From Diplonema japonicum (lineage: Eukaryota; Protista; Euglenozoa: Diplonemea), in NCBI GenBank assembly GCA_964019335.1, contig OZ025649.1, positions 620,001 through 684,000 on the forward strand: a stretch of DNA of 64,000 bases, in the 5' to 3' direction. Below, piece after piece: positions 56,653 through 64,000 of this stretch (position 1 is the stretch's first letter; the number at the start of each line of letters is the position of its first letter). Position numbers and translations under genes: made by a program. The notes beneath the pieces are model-generated. The model made no database searches. It saw only the letters and a program-made list of their open reading frames with translations, and was not told the DNA's origin.

Positions 56653-59019
56653 ATGATTATCATTCCTGCATTCATGGTAGCGCTCTCTGCTGCAGGCTTC
56701 ATGGGGCAGTGGGAAACACAAAACGCACAGCTTTGCGTGGACGAAGACGGCTTTGGGTACAACTACTTCCTGATGACTGGCCACACGGACCTTCGTGACT
56801 GTGTGAAGGATGGGGAGATGGTTTCAGCCATGTACCCCGCTGGCTCCATTCTTGGGATGAACTTCAACATCTTCTCGAAAGAGTGTCACGTCTTGCTAAA
56901 CGCGACACTCTCTATGAATATGCAGCCCCCCACCCTCCCTTCGTACATCAAAACTGTCTCTACGGGCATGGCCTCCTCAAAGGAGCCCTTCGCCTACGGA
57001 GGCATGATGCCGCAGCCGTCCTGGATTTGCCTCTGGGGAATGAATTGCTTGAACCCTCCTGTGATGACGCACTGCTTCCTGCCAGATCGTCCTACTCGCG
57101 TTCCAGAAACGAAAGCACCTGAAACTTCCTCACCTGAAACCTCCTCACCTGACACATATCCACCTGATACCTCTCCGCCTGATACTAATTCGCCTTTTAC
57201 AGCTTCACCTGATACAGCTTCACCTGATACAGGTTCACCTGACACTCTTGTACCTGATACTACTGCTGTCCCTACTACTTCACCTGATACAGGTTCACCT
57301 GACACTCTTGTACCTGATACTCTTGTACCTGAAACTACTATTCCTGAGACTCTTATACCTGATACAGCTTCACCTGATACAGCTTCACCTGATACAGGTT
57401 CACCTGACACTCTTGTACCTGATACTACTGCTGTCCCTACTACTTCACCTGATACAGGTTCACCTGACACTCTTGTACCTGAAACTACTATTCCTGAGAC
57501 TCTTATACCTGATACAGCTTCACCTGATACAACTTCACCTCTTGTACCTGATACTGCTGCCCCTACTACTTCACCGGCTACTGTTCCACCTCTAACCGCC
57601 CAGCCTACTGCTTCGCCTGAAACCTCTGCGCCTGAAACCCTTATACCAAGTACTGATGCCCCAACAGCCAACCCTACTGCTTCACCCACAGTGCCTGTTC
57701 GCTGGCCTGCTTGCCTGTGTGATGCTAGCACTGCCTCCGTGAATAGAAGCGAGTCATGGTGTGCAAGCAGGTACCTGTTCAAGCTTCAAGGCAGGGAATG
57801 CAGGGCTGTACAGTTCCCGGGAGGCCTCTGCAGAAGTAAATACTTAAAATGCACCAGCTCGACGAAGCCGAAAAAGTACCCACCCACAGGGAGCAAGTGC
57901 CAGTGCAACAGGTACGAGGGCAGTGCCAAGCAGGATGACAAGTTGCTTTGTGTCGAGATGAACAGTCTCTCAAGCTCCATCAAGTGCACGCTGCCTTTGG
58001 GGAACGGGACCTGCGCACCGCTGTCGACGCTATGCGCGCAGAGGAAGATAGTTCGTGCAAAGCTCGCACCACCCGCCATCGTGACAGCACAAGGTCTCGT
58101 ACAGTACATGACTAGAGCAGCAAGGCTGGAGGATGGGCAGCTTGTTCTCATTTCAACGTGCCCTGCTGCCACATGCCCAGGGGGGCTGTGCCCTGTCACA
58201 TACAACGAACGGTTGTCGAATCAATGCCTTATGAACTTCGACAGGAACGCAACCTCGCGTGCAGCCACCACACTCGGCAGCAGGATCATGCTGTCCAACA
58301 GTGCTCCGTCGTATATTTATGTATGTTCCACACCACACACAACACCACACCACAAACAGGCGGACTTTGATGTTGCGATCGATGACGAGACGAGGCACAC
58401 GGAGGTGGTGTCCCAGCTGTACGAGACGCTTGATCAGGTAAGTAGCGAAAATATAAAGCTTTTGAATTGGACGACCGACAACCACCTACAGGCGAGCGAC
58501 GGCGACGCTACGTCGACAGACCCGAGCACACCAGAGGGGGCGCTGCGGTATCTTCACGTTGCTGAGTTCAATGACGTGTACCCTCCGGCAGACCGCACCT
58601 CGTCGCCAGTTTCCGCACCGAACCCCGAAGCAAACTGGTGGGAGGAGTACTGGTGGGTGGTGTTCGTGTCCGTGGTGACAGTGGCGGCTGCAGGTGTGAT
58701 CCTGAGAAAGACAGTTCGATTCAATGAACTGGTTGACTTCGACAGCAGCAGGAAGACAAGCAGCAAGACAAAGCTTGCGCGTGGGATGGAAGGGTGTTAC
58801 AGAGCGCACAGAGGCTACAAGGGACGTGTGGCGGGACTTTCGAACGACGAGCAAGAAATGTGTGTCGATGCCGAGCCTGCTGCCGAGTACAACTCCTACC
58901 CCATGATGCCCATGACAGGATTCCGGGGAAGAGGGGCAGGGAGAGGGAAGTACCGTTCCTCAGTTCGGTCTCGAAGCACAGAGTCGTCCGGTTCCAGCGA
59001 ACCAGAGGTCACCGTGTGA
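56653..59019 (+). CDS. Type I Cys-rich, mucin-like surface protein, paralog 2, with probable in-frame introns at 58321-58359 and 58438-58491
   Basis: Signal peptide MIIIPAFMVALSAAG, PDT/PET repeat stalk, Cys modules, TM 'WWEEYWWVVFVSVVTVAAAGVIL'. The tail 'RKTVRF..LV.FDSSRKT..KTKL.RGMEGCYRAHR...SVRSRSTESSGSSEPE' is shared with paralog 1. Confidence 0.88.
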   Translation: MIIIPAFMVALSAAGFMGQWETQNAQLCVDEDGFGYNYFLMTGHTDLRDCVKDGEMVSAMYPAGSILGMNFNIFSKECHVLLNATLSMNMQPPTLPSYIKTVSTGMASSKEPFAYGGMMPQPSWICLWGMNCLNPPVMTHCFLPDRPTRVPETKAPETSSPETSSPDTYPPDTSPPDTNSPFTASPDTASPDTGSPDTLVPDTTAVPTTSPDTGSPDTLVPDTLVPETTIPETLIPDTASPDTASPDTGSPDTLVPDTTAVPTTSPDTGSPDTLVPETTIPETLIPDTASPDTTSPLVPDTAAPTTSPATVPPLTAQPTASPETSAPETLIPSTDAPTANPTASPTVPVRWPACLCDASTASVNRSESWCASRYLFKLQGRECRAVQFPGGLCRSKYLKCTSSTKPKKYPPTGSKCQCNRYEGSAKQDDKLLCVEMNSLSSSIKCTLPLGNGTCAPLSTLCAQRKIVRAKLAPPAIVTAQGLVQYMTRAARLEDGQLVLISTCPAATCPGGLCPVTYNERLSNQCLMNFDRNATSRAATTLGSRIMLSNSAPSYIYVCSTPHTTPHHKQADFDVAIDDETRHTEVVSQLYETLDQVSSENIKLLNWTTDNHLQASDGDATSTDPSTPEGALRYLHVAEFNDVYPPADRTSSPVSAPNPEANWWEEYWWVVFVSVVTVAAAGVILRKTVRFNELVDFDSSRKTSSKTKLARGMEGCYRAHRGYKGRVAGLSNDEQEMCVDAEPAAEYNSYPMMPMTGFRGRGAGRGKYRSSVRSRSTESSGSSEPEVTV
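57110..57650 (+). repeat. Coding minisatellite (~15-bp CCTGATAC-based units in higher-order blocks) encoding the PDTxS/PETxI mucin stalk
   Basis: Repeated 'cacctgatacaggttcacctgacactcttgtacctga' and 'gaaactactattcctgagactcttatacctgatacagcttcacct' blocks. Confidence 0.9.
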
Positions 59020-60608
59020 CGCCACGTCGAAAGAAAATTGGTTTTCTTCGTTTTTTTATTTTGTTTTGTTTTTTTCATAAGTTTCTTTATTTTTTGACAA
59101 CGAAAAGTGGAACGGATTTCCTTTTGTTGTCGTTTCCAGGTTGCCGAAGAAAAGACCAATCGCGGTGCAGGAAAGCCGGCTTGCAGTTGGAAATGCTGGG
59201 TTCACATTTCCTAGCACTGACAACTTTCTTTCTTCAACTTGCTCTCTCCCTCCATAAAGAGGAAAGATGACAACAGAATTAAGGACATCGGTGTGGTAAA
59301 AACTTTTTTTTTCCCCCCCTTTGCACCGTGCCCCGTCTAGAGTCCACTGTCTCAGCCTCTCAAAAGAATCTTTTTTATGTTGTCCCTAAACACGTTTTCA
59401 GGAAGAAAGAGAAATCGGCGTGGATGGAAAAGCGAGACAGCCACAACCAAAGCAGGGACCTAAAAACATAAAAGAGAAAAGAAAGAAAAAGCGGCGGAGA
59501 AATGAGTGGAAAAAGATTACCTCTACTTTTTGGGGGGGAGTAGAGAGCTAGTAGAAAATGACCCCATTCCCTCCCCATGAAGAAGCGAAAAAGAAAGAAT
59601 ATTAAGAGAGTTGCAGCACCGTGGTGTGTGCATTACATTGAAAGACGAGGGGGAGGGGGGGGGGAGATTCTTTTTTTAGAAAAAAAAAGATCAAGATCAT
59701 CGAAAGAGAGAGTTGGAGATAGCCACCCCTTTGTCTCATCTCTTTATATTTCTCCTTAGAAACTAGTTGATGGGAGCGTTATGGTAGGTAAAATTCCGCT
59801 CGTGCGCACAAACATATGAAGCGCCAAACTAGTTTTTTTCTTTTTTTTTTTTTTTTTTTTTTTGCGAAGCCTCTACGTTTTCAGATGAATATGTTTTTTT
59901 TTTTTTTTTTTTTTTTTTTTTCCCGATACACAAGAAAAGAAAAAAAAAAAAAAGAAAGAAAAAGCGATACATCACAATTTCTTTTCCCCCTTCATTTTTC
60001 CGATTCCCGTTTAGTGTAGCAAAAGGAAAACAACTCCACCACCTTTCTGAGGTAAATTAAGTCAACGAGGTAGTAGGCTCAGTTGACGGGGCTGCGGGCG
60101 CTTCTTAGTTCGTCTGCCACTTTCTGCATGTTGTGCTACACAAGAACATGTTAAAAGGAAGAAAAGAATAGAAAAGAAAAGGGAGAGTTTGATCTAGGGA
60201 AGGTGAAAGGTAGAGTGGTCACTTGTCGGTTTTTTTTTTTTTTTTTTTTTTTCCCGGAAAGTAGCCTAATCAGACTGTGTTGTGATTTTTTTTTTGTTTC
60301 CCCTGCAATATCGTGCTTTTTTCTTATTCTCCCTTTTCCCTCACACCCTTCCCAGAAAAAAGATTATTCCCGATTATTTTTTTTTCACTTTTTTTTTTTT
60401 CTTCTTAAGTAATCTGTCAGCTTTCAGTAATTTGGTTCCCCTCCCCTCTTCTCTTTCCCGCCCCCTTTTCACCCTCTTTTCTGGTCCTTATTTATGTTTT
60501 TTTCAACCTCCCCCCTTTTTTTCTTTTTTTTTTTTACCTTTTTTCAATTCTTTTACATCATTACCTTCCCGTGATCAACTGGCCAGCTCCATACATCAAC
60601 AGGACACC

Positions 60609-63600
60609 ATGCACGGTCTGCCAGTGATACCAGTTGACCAGCCTGCTGCCAAGGCAAAAGGAAAGCCGATTCAGCGTGTAAAGACGCCATTGGTCGCTTT
60701 CGGTCGGAACCCAAGAGGCCTGAGAACAGTCGAGGAACGGGAATGGGACCGTGTACCCAGCAGGTACAAGGTGTATAAGCTTCGAGAGGGCAGGCGACAC
60801 AAGGGACAGACCTCTGAATGGGTCTTTTCCAACGATCACACCTGGGTAAGCCAAGCCGCTGATGCCCCAGTGACACCAGCCGACCCATTTCTCCCCAGCT
60901 CTACAGCCTACTTCTCAGACATGAAAGCCAAGCTTGAAAGCAGCTGCCGTGGCATTGCTGACACACATTACTTGCAGCAGATGAGCATATGGGGCGACAT
61001 GAGGTGCACGCGGTCTGCTTGGAAGCGTTTCTTTAGAACGGAACTCGCAGCCCGCATTACCATCAAAGAAGCCCAAGCCACCTCACGTCTTACCTTCACC
61101 AGCGACTGGGACAGGCTCGTCTCTGAGATACGACACGACGCCCGTCGAAAAAAGCGCCACAACGCCCGAGCACTCAGAGTGGAAAAAGCAGCAAAGGAAG
61201 CCCGGGAGCTCCTCCACATAATGATGCAGCAGCAAGAAATAGAACGTGCGTACGCATGCAATCACTGGGGCACCGCAGAGAGGCATGATACGCTGCTCAT
61301 GGAAGCTGTCGATCGCGAGTCGGTGCAGCGCAAATACATAGCACGCTCCTCTTTCACATTTTTGACAGAGTCGCAAGCATCGGCCACAGCTTTCTTGGAG
61401 AAGCTGACTCGGCAGCTTGAGATCAAGAAGGCCACCGAGCTCAAGATCGAGACAAGCTTCTTGAACATCTCGCTGTCCGAGCGGCATGCGCGACTAGAGG
61501 TCGTCCAGGCACAAGATACGGAACGCAAGCAGCTAGCAGGGGAATTAAACAAAATGATTGAGGTCACAAGAAGCGCTGAGGCTGCCGAAAAGAAGTTTAA
61601 AGAAGAGGCTGAACGGCGTGAAGTGGAGAAGCGACATAGCGAGAGGGTGAAAGCGTGTAGGGAGGAAGAGAATGCCAGGCTGTCCGTGACCGAGTACGAG
61701 GACAGGGAATGGCGGAATGTGATGGACGAGGTGCCGGTCAGCAAAGTAGAGGCAGAGGAAGAGGAGTACAAGAGGAAGCAGTGTGTGTGGAAAACGACTG
61801 CAGCAACGCACCAGAAAATCCGCTTGGAGTTCGAAGAGGAGGAGACAGTGCAGAGACAGAAGGAGCAGCAGGGCGCAAGAATGAAATGGTACGAACTTCT
61901 CGACGACATTAACGACGTGCTCACTTACTGCGAACGTCCTGTGCACTTTGCAGACGAAGGCAAGGTGAACCCCTTGTGGGTTGAAGGCAGCTCGCCTGCT
62001 ACGTGTGCCAGCTTGATGCCGAAGGCTGTGTTCCAAAGACGTCGCAACTCTCCACTCTGCGGGCACCCTATTACTAAATGCTCTTTGAGCATCACATCCC
62101 CCGATAGCGTGGAGGTCAGTGTACAGGCAGTCGATGTGGACCCTTGGCAAGTCGCACCTCGTCAATATTTACAAGCAGCCGGTGGTGCTTATTACAGGCC
62201 AGGTTCCGACCCACCTGTAGTGATAGCAGTGTGCGAGGAAAGCCAGGAGGGAAAGGAAGACGTATTTGGGTTGAGCTTTGTTACAGAGTCTGCAAACGGC
62301 AGCATCAACCCCAACGACGTGCAGTGCCTGTTGCAGGCCCTGACGTATAGAGCCGCGACGTCACTGGGAAAGGAAGTCATGGTAGTGGACATCACAGCTT
62401 CCATGGTTATAAGCACAGCCTACAGCGCTACTGTGTCCGTGCCCGTCGAAGTCGTGCTGCCTTTGGTGGTCATTCCGCCCACAGACTATGTGCTGAGATA
62501 CAAGGCCGAGACACCGCGAAGCCCTCTGCAGCTTGTTGCCGGCCCGTCCCTGCCTGGTGCTTATTTGAATCCTTCGCAGCAGCGCAGCTACTCGAATGGC
62601 ACTATTGAAGTACGCTTCTGCGAGGGTGTGACAAGCAGCGACATCATCTCCATTGGTGCACCCCTGCAGAGTATGGAAGGCGCTCACCTGTACGACCAGC
62701 TTGTTTATGAAATTTCCTACATTCGAGATAAACGACGGTTTGGAAGGCGTAAGTCGTCAGTCTGCGGCACAAAGACAGGGTTTAGGGTGACTTTCGGCGG
62801 TGAGGAGGCATGGAACGAGTCTGTAGTGAGGGGTATGTTGCAGACGTTGTCATTCTCGAATGACTCTGAAGTGCCTGCGCGTCCTAGGAGGACGCTTGAG
62901 GTGGTATTGAGCGAGTCCCCCAACAGGGACCCCTCACGCCTCCCGTACTTTAGTGCGGTCACATGCGAGGTTAACTTGATTTTTGAGGACGAACCTACGT
63001 TCTGGGTTTTGAGTGACAGAGAGAACTCAGGTGGCGTTCCGTGCCAGGATGCAACGCCGAAGTGCCCTTTCAGAATCTATAGAGGGAACCCTAACCTTGC
63101 CTCTCTTCCTCCTGACCACGCCAGGCACATTCCTCAACAAGCTTTGCTACTGACCTCTGATGCTGTTGTTCAAAACCAGAACTCCCTCACTCACTTCTAT
63201 GGCGGGTACTTCCATGCCATGATCACCCAGGGTTGGTGCCGAGACGATCACATAGGGCTTGAACCGACAGCTGACTTGTATCTTGATGGCAGCAGCCTCA
63301 TGTGGAAGGGCGAGGCTGTGGGCAAGGCTGTGATAACAGATGAATTACAAGCAGTGCCAACAGGCTTGCGCATTGACTTCAACTTAACAAAGCCGCTTGC
63401 TGAAGTGTCGTGTGTGCAAGAGCTTTTAAGAAGAGTTTCTTATACCAGTTCAAAGGTGCGACTTGGTAACAAGATAGTCTCTCTAGAGGTGTATGTGAAC
63501 GACCCCAGCACAGGGCACTCACAACCACTGAGGACTACTATGGGGTTGCGAATTCTGCCGCCGTGTGCAGAAATAAGTCAAAGCTCGCAATATCTTGGAT

Positions 63601-64000
63601 ACACTGAAGGCCAGGGCTGGAAGAGGCTTGGAATCTTCGAGTCCTCGACCAACGTGGAGCGCCACGAGGATGCAACAGTCAACTTCTTTGACGGTGGAAC
63701 CATCACTTGCTTCATTGAAGCCAGCACTGCTGACGACCTTCTGGGCCTTGTCCCTTTGCACGGGTCTGAGCTATCTATTCATCTAGACGAGGGGGCAACC
63801 TCCCAACGGCAGGAGATGCTCGTCAAGCTGCGTCCTGACACCATGATCGACGAGGCCAGAATCATAGCCTCTTTCACCGTCCCGCTACCAGGGGAGCCGC
63901 TTGTCATTCACTTGGGCAGCCCGCAGGGGAGATGGTCAGCTACATATGCCTATAACGAGCTCACGACTACTGGGAAGCCGCAAGTTCGGAACAAGGTCTT
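60609..64000 (+). CDS. Large protein, 3' end outside the window: N-terminal coiled coil followed by repeated adhesin/calsyntenin-C-like beta domains
   Basis: Absent from the ORF track, presumably because there is no stop before the window end. I read the frame from ATG 60609 (MHGLPVIPVDQP...) and it was open in every stretch I checked, through 63998. Repeats read 'VQCLLQALTY', 'MLQTLSFSNDSEVP..RRTLEVVL', 'VQELLRRVSY', 'FYGGYF', 'YTEGQG', 'FDGGTI'. Confidence 0.85.
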   Translation, partial: MHGLPVIPVDQPAAKAKGKPIQRVKTPLVAFGRNPRGLRTVEEREWDRVPSRYKVYKLREGRRHKGQTSEWVFSNDHTWVSQAADAPVTPADPFLPSSTAYFSDMKAKLESSCRGIADTHYLQQMSIWGDMRCTRSAWKRFFRTELAARITIKEAQATSRLTFTSDWDRLVSEIRHDARRKKRHNARALRVEKAAKEARELLHIMMQQQEIERAYACNHWGTAERHDTLLMEAVDRESVQRKYIARSSFTFLTESQASATAFLEKLTRQLEIKKATELKIETSFLNISLSERHARLEVVQAQDTERKQLAGELNKMIEVTRSAEAAEKKFKEEAERREVEKRHSERVKACREEENARLSVTEYEDREWRNVMDEVPVSKVEAEEEEYKRKQCVWKTTAATHQKIRLEFEEEETVQRQKEQQGARMKWYELLDDINDVLTYCERPVHFADEGKVNPLWVEGSSPATCASLMPKAVFQRRRNSPLCGHPITKCSLSITSPDSVEVSVQAVDVDPWQVAPRQYLQAAGGAYYRPGSDPPVVIAVCEESQEGKEDVFGLSFVTESANGSINPNDVQCLLQALTYRAATSLGKEVMVVDITASMVISTAYSATVSVPVEVVLPLVVIPPTDYVLRYKAETPRSPLQLVAGPSLPGAYLNPSQQRSYSNGTIEVRFCEGVTSSDIISIGAPLQSMEGAHLYDQLVYEISYIRDKRRFGRRKSSVCGTKTGFRVTFGGEEAWNESVVRGMLQTLSFSNDSEVPARPRRTLEVVLSESPNRDPSRLPYFSAVTCEVNLIFEDEPTFWVLSDRENSGGVPCQDATPKCPFRIYRGNPNLASLPPDHARHIPQQALLLTSDAVVQNQNSLTHFYGGYFHAMITQGWCRDDHIGLEPTADLYLDGSSLMWKGEAVGKAVITDELQAVPTGLRIDFNLTKPLAEVSCVQELLRRVSYTSSKVRLGNKIVSLEVYVNDPSTGHSQPLRTTMGLRILPPCAEISQSSQYLGYTEGQGWKRLGIFESSTNVERHEDATVNFFDGGTITCFIEASTADDLLGLVPLHGSELSIHLDEGATSQRQEMLVKLRPDTMIDEARIIASFTVPLPGEPLVIHLGSPQGRWSATYAYNELTTTGKPQVRNKV

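Noticed and set aside
61262-62165. Minus-strand ORFs of about 200 aa near the right end
   Set aside because: Antisense to the long + strand ORF starting at 60609.

Overview
This is eukaryotic nuclear DNA, most likely euglenozoan and diplonemid-like (inferred). Every convincing gene lies on the + strand, as in a polycistronic unit. Spacers are rich in polypyrimidine and homopolymer tracts, alpha-tubulin carries the kinetoplastid-type VDWSPTGFK, and several genes contain very short (35-59 nt) GT-AG introns that I reconstructed by frame arithmetic. Genes: a giant type I surface protein (RCC1/BLIP-II-like repeats, EGF, PAN-like and Gal-lectin domains), a PDZ protein, alpha-tubulin, TSR1, a 2-TM IQ protein, a GH27 alpha-galactosidase, a double zinc-ribbon/KED-rich protein, a PDZ-PDZ-pseudo-metacaspase-annexin-PDZ fusion, a NEK kinase with a UBA-like domain, a PHO80/cyclin-U-type cyclin, a coiled-coil gene present in two apparently identical copies, a GLT1D1-like glycosyltransferase, two paralogous Cys-rich mucin-like receptors, and a long ORF running off the right edge that the ORF track missed. 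Mobile DNA: three or four 5'-truncated copies of one non-LTR retrotransposon family, all co-oriented and embedded in T-tracts; a decayed pogo-type DNA transposon with TIRs and TA target duplications; and two unexplained dispersed non-coding repeats. All domain calls come from motif recognition by eye; no database search was run.
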